Source: Candidatus Margulisiibacteriota bacterium (GTDB lineage Bacteria > Margulisbacteria > Marinamargulisbacteria > JBFWNS01). Taken from it: a stretch of 64,000 nucleotides of DNA. The translations under genes and the position numbers were made by a program. Location of the stretch: assembly GCA_050250935.1 (NCBI GenBank), contig JBFWNS010000004.1, forward strand, positions 1 through 64,000, given 5' to 3'. Below are positions 19,944 to 30,245 of this stretch, piece after piece (positions within the stretch are counted from its first letter, which is position 1; every line of letters starts with the position of its first letter). Below the pieces are notes generated by a model. It did no database searches. It saw nothing but the letters and a program-made list of their open reading frames with translations, and was not told the origin of the DNA.

Positions 19944-21407
19944 TTATACGGTTACAATACGAATCGAGTTGATGCCATTGGACCGGCCAATGGGAATCCC
20001 GGCCGTCACCACCACCACGTCTCCTTTTTCCAACAAATGGTTGTTTTTGGCTTCATTCAGGGCCAAAGTAATCATGTCTGTCCACCGGTGGATGTCGTTG
20101 AATTTTTTGGGCAACATCAAAGGAATAACCCCCCGATACATCGCGGTTCTGCGCCACACAAACGGTTCGTCGGTGGGGGCAATAACAGGCAAAATAGGGT
20201 TCAATTTAGAGGCAATCAAGGGCGTGTTTCCCGAACTCGTAAAGGCCATAATGGCTTTGGCGTTGTTTTCAATGGCCACTTGATCGGCCGCTTTACAAAA
20301 CGACACGGCTGTAGAATGTTGAATAAACCCATGTTTGTCTTCGTGGCTATGTCCCTGCTTTTTAAGAAAGGTCATGTGTTCGTCTGTGGCTTGGGCGATA
20401 TTGGCCATGGTGGTCACCACGTTGGCGGGATCAATGCCCACAGCGGTTTCGCCAGACAACATCACCGCATCACAACGGTCGTAAATGGCGTTGGCCACAT
20501 CGGAAACCTCGGCACGTGTCGCCGTTTTCGCTTGGATCATGCTTTCCAACATTTGGGTTGCAACAATGACGGGTTTAATTCTGGCGTTGGATTCGCGAAT
20601 GATCATTTTTTGGGCTTTGGGAACATTTTCAACCCCAATTTCAACACCCAAATCGCCGCGAGCAACCATAATCACATCCGACACATCGATGATCGAAATA
20701 ATATTGTCGATGGCCTGTTGACGTTCGATTTTAGAAATAATTTGAATGGCGTATCCTCCCAAATGATCAATGTACTTGCGAAGGGCCAAAACGTCTTCTT
20801 CGACCGACACAAAAGACAGGGCAATGTAATCGAGTTTTTCTTCAACCGCAAAAGCCGCATCTTCCAAATCCTTGGCCGTCAGGGCGGATAATGTCATTTT
20901 GGTTTTGGGTAAATTCACCCCTTTGTGGTTGGACAAAATTCCACCTTGAACCACCTTACAATGGGCCGAATTGCCTTGCATTTTAAGTACTTCCAAGCGA
21001 ATTCGACCATCGTCGATATACAGGGGTTCTCCGGCCTTAACATCGGCAGCAAAAGCTTCGTAGCTGACACTGGCCCGAGAGTCGTTCCCCAAAACCTTAT
21101 CGGTGGTCAGTTCAAACGCTTGCCCTACTTTCAATTCCACTTTGTCGTTTTCAAATTTACCCACCCGAATCTTAGGACCTTGCAAATCCATAAAAATGGC
21201 GATGGGAACGCCCATATCCGTAGCGGTTTTTCGAACCAAAGCAATATCGTCCCGAACCCCTTGCAACTCGCCGCGGTGAGAGGCATTAATCCGAATAACG
21301 TTAACCCCAGCCTTAAACATGTCGGTTAGGGCCTTTTTATTATTGGAAGCCGGTCCCAAGGTCGCAATAATCTTGGTTTTTTTAGAGTGAAAAACGCTGT
21401 CTATCAT
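19944..21407 (-). CDS. pyk: Pyruvate kinase
   Basis: TKIIATLGPAS, MVARGDLGVE, ATQMLESM, MLSGETA. Confidence 0.97.
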   Translation of the reverse strand: MIDSVFHSKKTKIIATLGPASNNKKALTDMFKAGVNVIRINASHRGELQGVRDDIALVRKTATDMGVPIAIFMDLQGPKIRVGKFENDKVELKVGQAFELTTDKVLGNDSRASVSYEAFAADVKAGEPLYIDDGRIRLEVLKMQGNSAHCKVVQGGILSNHKGVNLPKTKMTLSALTAKDLEDAAFAVEEKLDYIALSFVSVEEDVLALRKYIDHLGGYAIQIISKIERQQAIDNIISIIDVSDVIMVARGDLGVEIGVENVPKAQKMIIRESNARIKPVIVATQMLESMIQAKTATRAEVSDVANAIYDRCDAVMLSGETAVGIDPANVVTTMANIAQATDEHMTFLKKQGHSHEDKHGFIQHSTAVSFCKAADQVAIENNAKAIMAFTSSGNTPLIASKLNPILPVIAPTDEPFVWRRTAMYRGVIPLMLPKKFNDIHRWTDMITLALNEAKNNHLLEKGDVVVVTAGIPIGRSNGINSIRIVTV

Positions 21408-21524
21408 GGGGTCTCCAATGCAAAGAAAAGTTCATTTATTTTAACATCGTTTACACCCTGCGACCACCAACAAATATCCCAAAATATAATTGAAAACAAT
21501 AACGTGACACTTTATACTTTATAT

Positions 21525-22577
21525 ATGAATATCGAAATAGAAAACACCGTCGATTCCATCGCTTACGACGACCTAAACCTCAAAAAAATTCATCTTGATA
21601 GCCTTCGGCCTCTCCCCCCCGCTTTGGTCCACAATTTGGAAGAATGGTTTCGCATCGAACTGACCTACACCAGCAACGCCATCGAAGGCAATACCCTCTC
21701 TCGCAAAGAAACCGCCTTGGTGGTAGAAAAAGGGTTAACCATCGGGGGAAAAAGCATTCGTGAGCATTTGGAAGCCATCAATCACGACCATGCCCTCGGC
21801 CTGATTCATAGCTTGACCGAGCAAACCAAAACCGCCATCACAGCCCCCACCATATTGGCCATTCATAGCCTTATTTTAAAAGGGATCGATGCGGATAACG
21901 CCGGTCGATACCGAACGGTCCCGGTACGCATTTCAGGCTCAGAAGTGGTCCTTCCAAACCCCAGAAAAGTGCCCGATTTAATGGAAGATTTTATCCAGTG
22001 GCTTCACACCAGCACCACCCATCCTGTCGAATTGGCGGCACAGGCACACTACAAATTGGTCAGCATTCATCCCTTTGTCGATGGCAACGGTCGCACGGCA
22101 CGGTTGGTGATGAATTTACTCCTGTTAATGCACGGTTACCCTGCCGCAATTATTCGAAAAACCGACCGATTATCCTATATTACAGCACTGGAAAAAGCCC
22201 AATTGGGTGGCCCTCTAACCCCCTACAAAAACCTGATTAAAAAGGCAGTCAATCGCTCTTTGGACCTCTATTTAAAAGCAGCCCAAGGCAAGCCCACAGC
22301 CCCCGATTCCGACCGTGTTTTAAAAATTGGGGCTTTGGCCAAAGCAACGAATCAAACCGTTCCCACCATTCGATTTTGGACCCAGGAAGGGCTGTTGCAC
22401 ACCGTGGACAAAACAGCGTCGGGCTATGCGCTTTATAGCCACGATTGCATCGCCCTTTGCCAACACATTCGAAAATTGAAAGCCCAACGCCTTAGCCTGG
22501 CTGAAATTAAGGAAGCGCTTTCAAATTCTCAATTTGATCCCGAAGAACTGCCGCCAGTTCAAATTCCAGATTTTTAG
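21525..22577 (+). CDS. Fic-domain protein fused to a C-terminal MerR-type HTH
   Basis: [27 protein letters not shown]...[11 protein letters not shown]...SGYALY. Confidence 0.9.
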   Translation: MNIEIENTVDSIAYDDLNLKKIHLDSLRPLPPALVHNLEEWFRIELTYTSNAIEGNTLSRKETALVVEKGLTIGGKSIREHLEAINHDHALGLIHSLTEQTKTAITAPTILAIHSLILKGIDADNAGRYRTVPVRISGSEVVLPNPRKVPDLMEDFIQWLHTSTTHPVELAAQAHYKLVSIHPFVDGNGRTARLVMNLLLLMHGYPAAIIRKTDRLSYITALEKAQLGGPLTPYKNLIKKAVNRSLDLYLKAAQGKPTAPDSDRVLKIGALAKATNQTVPTIRFWTQEGLLHTVDKTASGYALYSHDCIALCQHIRKLKAQRLSLAEIKEALSNSQFDPEELPPVQIPDF

Positions 22578-24474
22578 CTGCTTGTCTCATGTCTTTTTCC
22601 AATTTTGCAATCAAGGTTGGCAGTGTTTTGGGCGATAGGGTTTGTTTTTCTTTTTCAATGGTTTTAAGCAACTCTCGATCTTCGGACCGAATATCAGCCA
22701 GTTTTTTATGAATGGAGGTCGGCACTACCCCGTGTTCTTGGTTATAAGCCAATTGAATGCCCCGACGTCGGTTGGTTTCGTCGATGGCCTTTTGCATGGA
22801 GTCTGTCATTTTATCGGCATACAAAATAACCTTGCCATTCAGGTTTCTGGCCGCTCGGCCCATGGTTTGAATCAAAGAGCGTTCGTTTCTTAAAAACCCT
22901 TCCTTATCGGCATCCAAAATCGCCACCAGTGACACTTCAGGCAAATCCAGCCCTTCCCGAAGCAGGTTCACCCCAACCAACACATCGTATTTACCTGCCC
23001 GCAAATCATGCAAAATATCAATACGATCCAAAGACAAAACCTCGGAATGCAAATAGCAAACCTTGATTTTCTGATCCGACAAAAACTGGCTGACGTCTTC
23101 GGACATTTTTTTGGTTAAGGTGGTAATCAGGGTTCTTTCTTTGCGGTCGATGCGCTGGTGAATTTCGCCCATTAAATCGTCCATTTGATGCAAAGAAGGG
23201 CGAACTGTAATTTCCGGATCCACCAGACCCGTGGGGCGAATAATCAATTCGATGGTCCCCGTTGGATCTTGGGCCACGGCTTGGGTTTCGTAAGGACCGG
23301 GCGTGGCCGACACATACACCACTTGCCCCACTTTTTTTTCGAACTCATCAAATTGCAAGGGGCGGTTGTCTTTGGCAGAAGGGAGCCGAAACCCATAGTC
23401 CACCAGGGCTTGTTTGCGAGATTGGTCCCCACCATACATCCCCCTCACCTGGGGAATCGAGGCATGGGATTCGTCAATAAACGTCACAAAATCTTTGGGG
23501 AAAAAGTCCAATAAAACCCCAGGAGCCTCCCCGGCTGGGCGCCCCGAAATATGCCTTGAATAGTTTTCGATGCCTTTGCAATAGCCTATTTCTCGCATCA
23601 TTTCGATGTCATATTTGGTGCGTTGCTCCAGGCGATGGGCTTCAAAAACCTTGCCGTTGTCCCGCAGTTCTTTAAGCCGATGGGTCAGTTCGGCCTCGAT
23701 ACTGGCAATACTGGTGTTTAAATCGTGATGCACCACATAGTGCGTCGCAGGAAAAATATCAAAGGCCTGCATTTCGGCCACCACCGTGCCCGATACGGGG
23801 TGAATCAGGGCCATTCTTTCGAGCTCGTCCCCGAAAAATTCCAAGCGCAAAACATTTTCTTCCCAAGAGGGAAACACATCGATGGTATTGCCTTTAATAC
23901 GGTAACGACCCCGCTGCAACTCAACGTCGTTGCGTTCATATTGAACAGCGTCCAAGCGCAGTAAAAAATCCCGGCGCTTCACCAACTCACCAACCTTAAG
24001 TTTGATAATGCCCTTTAAATAGTCTTCGGGCATCCCCAAACCATAAATACAGGATACAGAAGCCACAATAATCACATCTCGGCGGGTTAAAAGCGAACGG
24101 GTGGCACTGTGGCGAAGCCTTTCGATTTCAACGTTAATATCGGCTTCTTTTTCGATATATACATCCCGAGACGCAATATAGGCTTCTGGCTGATAGTAGT
24201 CGTAGTAAGAAATAAAATAATCAACCGCATTGTGGGGAAAAAACTCCCGAAACTCGGCGCAGAGCTGGGCAGCCAGGGTTTTGTTATGGGCCAACACCAA
24301 GGCCGGTCGATTGAGTTTGGCAATGGCATTGGCCAAAGTGAAGGTTTTCCCCGACCCGGTAACACCCAATAAAACGGTGTCTTTTTTGCCAGTTTGCAAA
24401 CGATCCACCAAAGCCTCGATGGCCTTAGGCTGATCTCCGGCGGGTTTGTAATCGGAAACGAGTTGGAAAGGCAC
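22507..24474 (-). CDS. uvrB: Excinuclease ABC subunit B
   Basis: [30 protein letters not shown]-terminal UVR motif. Confidence 0.98.
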   Translation of the reverse strand: MPFQLVSDYKPAGDQPKAIEALVDRLQTGKKDTVLLGVTGSGKTFTLANAIAKLNRPALVLAHNKTLAAQLCAEFREFFPHNAVDYFISYYDYYQPEAYIASRDVYIEKEADINVEIERLRHSATRSLLTRRDVIIVASVSCIYGLGMPEDYLKGIIKLKVGELVKRRDFLLRLDAVQYERNDVELQRGRYRIKGNTIDVFPSWEENVLRLEFFGDELERMALIHPVSGTVVAEMQAFDIFPATHYVVHHDLNTSIASIEAELTHRLKELRDNGKVFEAHRLEQRTKYDIEMMREIGYCKGIENYSRHISGRPAGEAPGVLLDFFPKDFVTFIDESHASIPQVRGMYGGDQSRKQALVDYGFRLPSAKDNRPLQFDEFEKKVGQVVYVSATPGPYETQAVAQDPTGTIELIIRPTGLVDPEITVRPSLHQMDDLMGEIHQRIDRKERTLITTLTKKMSEDVSQFLSDQKIKVCYLHSEVLSLDRIDILHDLRAGKYDVLVGVNLLREGLDLPEVSLVAILDADKEGFLRNERSLIQTMGRAARNLNGKVILYADKMTDSMQKAIDETNRRRGIQLAYNQEHGVVPTSIHKKLADIRSEDRELLKTIEKEKQTLSPKTLPTLIAKLEKDMRQAAKNLEFELAAVLRDQIENLKALP

Positions 24475-24476
24475 CG

Positions 24477-24812
24477 CTACTTTTTCCTTGCAGCTATCCC
24501 AAAATGGGTAAAGTAGCTTTCTAGGCTTTCCAAAGCATTAAGTTCCAATGCAGACCCAAAAAGACCACCCAACACAACTTCTTTTAAACGGGAGACTTCT
24601 CTTTTGCGATGATCCTGCCATCGGGGATCCATCAGGGTCAGATTCAAAAGCTCCAAAAATCGATCCAGGGCATTTGCAAACCGAAGCTCATTATTTGCTT
24701 TCTTAGCCCGAAACGCACGCGAAAATTCGCTGCCCACGTTGGCCAATTGCTCTGCAAGTGTCATCTCTTGCCAACGCCCCCCTGCCAAACTTTGGTGCAA
24801 GGGAGATATCAT
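24477..24812 (-). CDS. Hypothetical helical protein
   Basis: 111 aa ORF overlapping the stop of the upstream gene. Confidence 0.7.
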   Translation of the reverse strand: MISPLHQSLAGGRWQEMTLAEQLANVGSEFSRAFRAKKANNELRFANALDRFLELLNLTLMDPRWQDHRKREVSRLKEVVLGGLFGSALELNALESLESYFTHFGIAARKK

Positions 24813-25162
24813 TTTAAGAATCCTTCTAAAATGGCAATGATTCTGTCTCTAATCTGAACATCCTCAACCAGTCTACTTCGGTTTCCCTGGCTGGGGCGGA
24901 TGTTAATCATCGAATCAAACTCAATATTAGCGGGAAAGTCTTCATCCAAATAAATATTAAATCCCCATAATCCAGCTTGTGCATGACCCTTCTGAATCAA
25001 AATAGCTTCTTCATCAGCATGAAGCTCGGCCCCAAGGACCACCGTTTCGGTCTCGATATCGATCACACCTTTCACCATGTCACCAAACCGCTTTTCAGCC
25101 AATTCCTGTAACACTGCTACTGAAATAGGGGTGTCTTTTTCAAAAATTAATAAGTCTGTCAT
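24809..25162 (-). CDS. DUF5674-like protein
   Basis: MVKGVIDIE, ELHADEE, LWGFNIY, EFDSMINIRP (family recalled from memory). Confidence 0.75.
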   Translation of the reverse strand: MTDLLIFEKDTPISVAVLQELAEKRFGDMVKGVIDIETETVVLGAELHADEEAILIQKGHAQAGLWGFNIYLDEDFPANIEFDSMINIRPSQGNRSRLVEDVQIRDRIIAILEGFLK

Positions 25163-25187
25163 AGAGATAAAGCCTATCACAACCAAA

Positions 25188-25218
25188 CAAAAAACAGCAG
25201 CCCGAAAGCTGCTGTTTT
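25188..25218 (-). terminator. Intrinsic terminator, potentially bidirectional
   Basis: AAAACAGCAGC-CCGAAA-GCTGCTGTTTT. Confidence 0.8.
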
Positions 25219-25249
25219 AAGAATTAAGTCAAAGGAAAGTTCGAACGGC

Positions 25250-25957
25250 TTAGAATTTGTAGCTGGCAGAAGCGCTCAAACCCCAAACGGGTGCAAACTT
25301 AGAGAAAGAACCAGAAACGCCACCGGTGGCTAACCAATTTTTGGACAACTCTTTAACGTAAGTGCCGCCCAAAACAAGAGAGGTAGCATTTTCAACGGTG
25401 TTAGTTTTAGTAGCTGTAGAAGAAAGGGTATAGCCAAATTCAAACGCACTTTGTGTATTTACCAAAGCAGCACCAGCAACAACCTTGCTGGTCTTATCCA
25501 AAGCAAAATTTTTATAACCCGCAACACCCAATTTAAAGGAATTCACTTTAAGACTTACATCAGTGAAGCCAAAATTAGTGTAAACATCAATAATATCGCC
25601 TGTAAGATTTCCAAAGGAATAACCGGCCATAACAGAAAGAGACAATGGCAATTGTGCTGTTTCGCGAAGAATAAAGTATTCAGCACCCAGTGAAATTGGA
25701 GAAGACTTTGCACCCACTGAAGTACCAGAAACGCCATTATATGTTTCCAAAGATAGACCTGCGAACAAATCCAAGCGGCCATTCCAAGAATAAGTCAAAC
25801 CAAAAGGAATAGAAGTGCCGTCGCCAGCCCCCCCTTTGAAGTATCCAACAGACCCATTAATCGCAGACTCACCGTCTTTGATAAACATAGAGCTAGCCAT
25901 AACTGGCGCACCCAAAGCCAAACAAAGAGCAAAAACAAACAAAGACTTCTTCATCAT
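25250..25957 (-). CDS. Outer-membrane beta-barrel-like protein
   Basis: Signal peptide, amphipathic strands, C-terminal SYKF. Confidence 0.75.
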   Translation of the reverse strand: MMKKSLFVFALCLALGAPVMASSMFIKDGESAINGSVGYFKGGAGDGTSIPFGLTYSWNGRLDLFAGLSLETYNGVSGTSVGAKSSPISLGAEYFILRETAQLPLSLSVMAGYSFGNLTGDIIDVYTNFGFTDVSLKVNSFKLGVAGYKNFALDKTSKVVAGAALVNTQSAFEFGYTLSSTATKTNTVENATSLVLGGTYVKELSKNWLATGGVSGSFSKFAPVWGLSASASYKF

Positions 25958-26092
25958 CTAGAACTCTCCTTAAACACGGGGATAAATTTTGAGTTCAAAC
26001 TCTAAAATTTTGATAACAATTTGTCAATCTTGATTATTCAAGAAAAACACGATCCTGGCCCCAAAAGAACACAAATGGTTTAATAAAACCCA

Positions 26093-28177
26093 ATGAAAAC
26101 CTACACCCTAAAACCCCTGACCCCCGCCAACCAACCCCCGCTTCCCCAGCACCTGGTAGCCGAATTAAATCCGGCTCAGCTTGAGGCTGTTCAAACCCTA
26201 AATGGCCCTGTCTTGGTGATCGCGGGTGCGGGTTCTGGAAAAACCAAAACCCTGGTCAGTCGGGTTGCGAATTTAATTCATCAGGGCGTTGATCCCAAGC
26301 AAATTCTGTTGTTAACCTTCACCCGAAAATCCGCCCAAGAAATGCTGTACCGCGCCACCCGATTGCTCGACGAACGCTGCGGACAAGTTGCTGGGGGCAC
26401 CTTTCATTCGTTTGCCACAACCGTCTTGCGCCGGCACGCCAAGGCCCTGGGGTTTTCTGAATCGTTTACCATTCTAGACCGGGGCGACAGCGAAGATTTA
26501 ATCAACTATTGTCGCAACCAAGCCAGCCTCGATAAAGGGGAAAAACGCTTCCCCAAAAAAGGCACCATCGCCTCGATCTTCAGCAAAGCCCTCAATACAG
26601 AAATGCCCCTGGCCACGATTGTAAACCGAGATTACCCGCAATTTACCGATTTTATCGATACCCTGCTCCAACTGTACGGTCTTTACATCCGCCAAAAACA
26701 ACTGATGCAGGTGATGGACTACGACGACCTCTTGGTTCACCTTTTGACCTTGCTTAACGAACACCCCGATATCGCCACTGCCCTTCAAAATCGGTACCGC
26801 TACATCATGGTCGACGAATATCAAGACACCAACCGCATCCAGGCCGAAATCATCGTCAAACTGGCCAGCGCTCATGGCAATATCATGGTTGTCGGCGACG
26901 ATGCCCAAAGCATCTACAGTTTTCGGGGGGCTCACTTTAAAAACATCATGGCCTTTCCCAACTTATTTAAGCACACCAAAATCATCACCCTAGAGCAAAA
27001 CTACCGAAGCACCCAACCCATTTTGGACCTCACCAACGCCATCATCGCCCAAGCCAAAGAAAGTTATACCAAAACCCTTTTTTCGGACATCCCCAGCGAC
27101 GACAAACCCATTTATATCGAAACCGACAGCGACCACATGCAATCTCGCTTTGTATGTCAAAAAATTCTAGAACTGCGAGAAGAAGGGGTTCCTCTATCCG
27201 ACATTGCCGTTCTTATTCGCTCGGGCTGGCATTCCAACGATTTGGAAATCGAACTCAAAGCCCATGGCCTTCCCTTTGCCAAATTTGGGGGATTCAAATT
27301 TGTTGAGGCCGCCCATGTAAAAGACTTGATGGCTTATTTTAGGGTGATGTTTAACCCCATCGATGCCATCAGTTGGCAACGCATTTTGCTGCTTTTGGAA
27401 GGGGTTGGCCCCAAAGCGGTCTCTCAATTTATCGATGCCCTCCCCCAAATTTTACAAAACCCCGACCAAGGCCTTTTACCTTTTCGCAGCAAAGGGTTTT
27501 ACAAAACCATTGCCGAATTGGTGCAGTTAATCCAATCCGAACAAGGCCAGCCCGCCGATCGACTAGAGGCCATTCTGGAACACTATACCCCGCTATTTAA
27601 ACGAACCTACGACGATTACACCAAACGCCAAAGCGACTTGGATTCCTTAAAAAATATCGCACAACGCTACACCAATCTGGAACAGTTTTTAACAGAACTC
27701 AGTTTAGACCCTCCCGATCAATCCCAGCTTGATAGCTTAAGCGAAACCCAAGACGACGAAAAAATAACCATTTCCACCATCCACTCGGCAAAAGGGTTGG
27801 AATGGAACACCGTGTTTGCCCTGTCTTTGGTGGACGGCTATTTGCCCTCGTTTCAATCCTTGGGCGATTTGGACCAAATCGAAGAAGAACGACGCTTGCT
27901 TTATGTCTCCCTAACCCGTGCCAAACGCCGCTTATTTTTATTAAAACCCCACCTCCAAGCAGCCTCTGGCCAATTTTATCGCTATTCGGGCATGCAATTT
28001 TCCAAAGTGTCTCGGTTCCTTGGCGATCGAAACCTGCTAGAACACTACGCCGAAAAATGGGCCCTGGTCGAAGACCAACACAGCGTCCAAGACACCACCA
28101 TCGACATCAGCCACGCCGAAGTCTACGCCGACGACCCACCCACAGACGGCGGCAGCCGCCGACGCTACTATTTCTAA
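26093..28177 (+). CDS. UvrD/PcrA family helicase
   Basis: AGAGSGKT, VDEYQD, VGDDAQSIY, NYRST, TIHSAKGLE. Confidence 0.95.
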   Translation: MKTYTLKPLTPANQPPLPQHLVAELNPAQLEAVQTLNGPVLVIAGAGSGKTKTLVSRVANLIHQGVDPKQILLLTFTRKSAQEMLYRATRLLDERCGQVAGGTFHSFATTVLRRHAKALGFSESFTILDRGDSEDLINYCRNQASLDKGEKRFPKKGTIASIFSKALNTEMPLATIVNRDYPQFTDFIDTLLQLYGLYIRQKQLMQVMDYDDLLVHLLTLLNEHPDIATALQNRYRYIMVDEYQDTNRIQAEIIVKLASAHGNIMVVGDDAQSIYSFRGAHFKNIMAFPNLFKHTKIITLEQNYRSTQPILDLTNAIIAQAKESYTKTLFSDIPSDDKPIYIETDSDHMQSRFVCQKILELREEGVPLSDIAVLIRSGWHSNDLEIELKAHGLPFAKFGGFKFVEAAHVKDLMAYFRVMFNPIDAISWQRILLLLEGVGPKAVSQFIDALPQILQNPDQGLLPFRSKGFYKTIAELVQLIQSEQGQPADRLEAILEHYTPLFKRTYDDYTKRQSDLDSLKNIAQRYTNLEQFLTELSLDPPDQSQLDSLSETQDDEKITISTIHSAKGLEWNTVFALSLVDGYLPSFQSLGDLDQIEEERRLLYVSLTRAKRRLFLLKPHLQAASGQFYRYSGMQFSKVSRFLGDRNLLEHYAEKWALVEDQHSVQDTTIDISHAEVYADDPPTDGGSRRRYYF

Positions 28178-28183
28178 GGGGGG

Positions 28184-28383
28184 CTTGCGTCGCCCCCTCA
28201 ACCGAAGCAAGTTCGGTTGAGCCTCCCCCTCACGCTGGCGCTGGGCCTTCGGCCAGGTTCGTATTTTTTGTACAGGGTCCTTTGGGCCCCTGCGGGCGAG
28301 GAGGTTGAATTTACTTCAACCTCCGACCCACAAAACCTATGGTTTTGTGATTACAAACTCAAAAACGCTTGTCGTTTTTGTTT
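28184..28383. repeat. Palindromic repeat, copy A
   Basis: Tandem unit about 205 bp from copy B, with multiple hairpins. Confidence 0.85.
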
Positions 28384-28388
28384 ATATC

Positions 28389-28531
28389 CTTGCGTCGCCC
28401 CCTCACGCTGGCGCTGGGCCTTCGGCCAGGTTCGTATTTTTGTACAGGGTCCTTTAAGCCCCCGCAGGCGAGGAATTTGGATTCACTCCAAATTCCGACC
28501 CACAACTGCTTTGCAGTTGTGCATACGAATG
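28389..28531. repeat. Palindromic repeat, copy B
   Basis: 5' half nearly identical to copy A; 3' stems show compensatory changes. Confidence 0.85.
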
Positions 28532-28580
28532 TTTAGCCCCCCCTTAATTTGGGCAAAACCCAAATTAAGGGGGGACAACG

Positions 28581-28805
28581 ATGAATACGCAACGTCCCAT
28601 AGTGTTTGATGCGATAGCCGAAAAACGGGCCACAACGGCCATATCCCGCTTGGAAGAACGGTTTTTGATCTTCTATGAAAACCAAAACTTCACCCAAGCG
28701 TTTCGAATCTACTTTCAATTGCTGGTTGAAAAAGAGAATTCTTCAGCACGGGTTCAAAAAAAAGCAAAAGAAGCGATTCATCGCATTGAGAAAATGATCG
28801 CCTGA
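28581..28805 (+). CDS. Small hypothetical protein
   Basis: 74 aa ORF with a G-rich RBS inside a 16-bp hairpin. Confidence 0.55.
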   Translation: MNTQRPIVFDAIAEKRATTAISRLEERFLIFYENQNFTQAFRIYFQLLVEKENSSARVQKKAKEAIHRIEKMIA

Positions 28806-28822
28806 TGCTAGAATAGTTCCCC

Positions 28823-29182
28823 GTGTTTTCACTCTATCTACCCTTCATTCTATTGTTTGTGGTTTCGGCCGGATTTGTCTTCGGCACCATGGCGGTTACC
28901 CATGTTTTGGGCCCCAAGCGCCACTCTGAAAAAAAAGACGATGTCTTTGAATGTGGGATTCCAGCCGTTGGCAATGCCCGCGTTCCTTTTTCTGTGCGCT
29001 TCTTTTTATTGGCCATTATTTTTGTTTTATTCGATGTAGAAATTATCTTTTTGTACCCTTATGTGGTGAACCTAAAAGCCTTGGGCTGGCAGGGATTGGG
29101 CGAAGTTGCCTGTTTTTCTGGCCTGGTTTTAATTGGCTTTGTTTATTTGCTCAAAAACAACGTCTTGGAATTTGAAAAATGA
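28823..29182 (+). CDS. nuoA: NADH-quinone oxidoreductase subunit A
   Basis: [12 protein letters not shown]. Confidence 0.95.
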   Translation: MFSLYLPFILLFVVSAGFVFGTMAVTHVLGPKRHSEKKDDVFECGIPAVGNARVPFSVRFFLLAIIFVLFDVEIIFLYPYVVNLKALGWQGLGEVACFSGLVLIGFVYLLKNNVLEFEK

Positions 29183-29751
29183 CACACCCCCACACCAATC
29201 CCAACCTTTCTCCAATCCATTCAATCGTTGAAGCTCCAGAAGGCATCACCGGCCACGGCTTTTTCTTAACCAGCCTCGAAAAAGCCGTGGGGTTGGCCAG
29301 AAAAAATTCCATTTGGCCTCTTCCTTTTGCAACGTCTTGCTGCGGCATCGAATTTATGGCCACGATGGGCTCTCATTACGATTTCGCCAGATTTGGCTCG
29401 GAACGTCCCAGCTTTTCGCCAAGGCAGGCCGATTTGCTAATGGTGATGGGAACGGTTGCCAAAAAACTGGGCCCCATTCTTAAACAAGTGTATTTGCAAA
29501 TGGCAGAACCCCGTTGGGTACTGGCCATGGGAGCTTGTGCTTCCAGTGGCGGTATTTTTGATTCTTATTCCGTCCTTCAAGGCATCGACAAGGTGATCCC
29601 TGTGGACGTCTATGTCCCTGGCTGTCCCCCGCGTCCAGAGCAAGTCATCGATGGGTTAATGCGCATTCAAGAGTTGGTTTCCAGCGAATCCTATTCCTAT
29701 CGCCAATCCGACGCCTACAAAGCCAAATTGGCTGCTTACGGAATCCAATGA
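29179..29751 (+). CDS. nuoB: NADH-quinone oxidoreductase subunit B
   Basis: [21 protein letters not shown]. Confidence 0.97.
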   Translation: MTHPHTNPNLSPIHSIVEAPEGITGHGFFLTSLEKAVGLARKNSIWPLPFATSCCGIEFMATMGSHYDFARFGSERPSFSPRQADLLMVMGTVAKKLGPILKQVYLQMAEPRWVLAMGACASSGGIFDSYSVLQGIDKVIPVDVYVPGCPPRPEQVIDGLMRIQELVSSESYSYRQSDAYKAKLAAYGIQ

Positions 29752-30245
29752 GCACTGATCCCCTATTAAGCCTTAAAAAAGCCTTCCCCGACGCCATTCT
29801 CGAAATGGCTTCTACCTACAATTTTCCAACCGTCGTGGTCGAAAAAGAGAGCTTGATGGCCATTTTTAGTTTTCTTTACAAGCCCGAGAATGGCAGCTTT
29901 CAATTTTTAACCGATTTGTGTGGCATTCACCATCCCGAATCCACGCCTCCAGCCCTGGGCGTTGTCTACCACCTGCACAGTTTGCAAAACAATGTACGGC
30001 TTCGCATTAAAGCCTATACCCCCGTGGAGACCGCCACTTTCCCCAGTTTGACCGGGCTGTTTGCCGCTGCCAATTGGATGGAACGAGAAACCTATGATTT
30101 TTTTGGGATTCACTTTGAAGGTCACCCCAATTTAATTCGAATTTTAAACGAAGACAACCTGTCCTATTTCCCCATGCGAAAAGAATATGCCCTCGAAGAC
30201 GATACCCGAACCGACAAACAGGATGATTTTTTTGGACGAGAATAA
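29748..30245 (+). CDS. nuoC: NADH-quinone oxidoreductase subunit C
   Basis: ANWMERETYDFFGI, GHPNL. Confidence 0.95.
   Translation: MSTDPLLSLKKAFPDAILEMASTYNFPTVVVEKESLMAIFSFLYKPENGSFQFLTDLCGIHHPESTPPALGVVYHLHSLQNNVRLRIKAYTPVETATFPSLTGLFAAANWMERETYDFFGIHFEGHPNLIRILNEDNLSYFPMRKEYALEDDTRTDKQDDFFGRE

Noticed and set aside
17737..20891. Long plus-strand ORFs (375 aa and 439 aa)
   Set aside because: Antisense shadows of icd, serC and pyk
28184..28575. CRISPR array or integron attC cassettes
   Set aside because: Only two long units, no constant repeat-spacer period, no clear attC core sites, and no cas or intI gene in the window
28217..28609. 130-aa ORF with internal duplication
   Set aside because: It is the translation of the palindromic repeats and has no RBS
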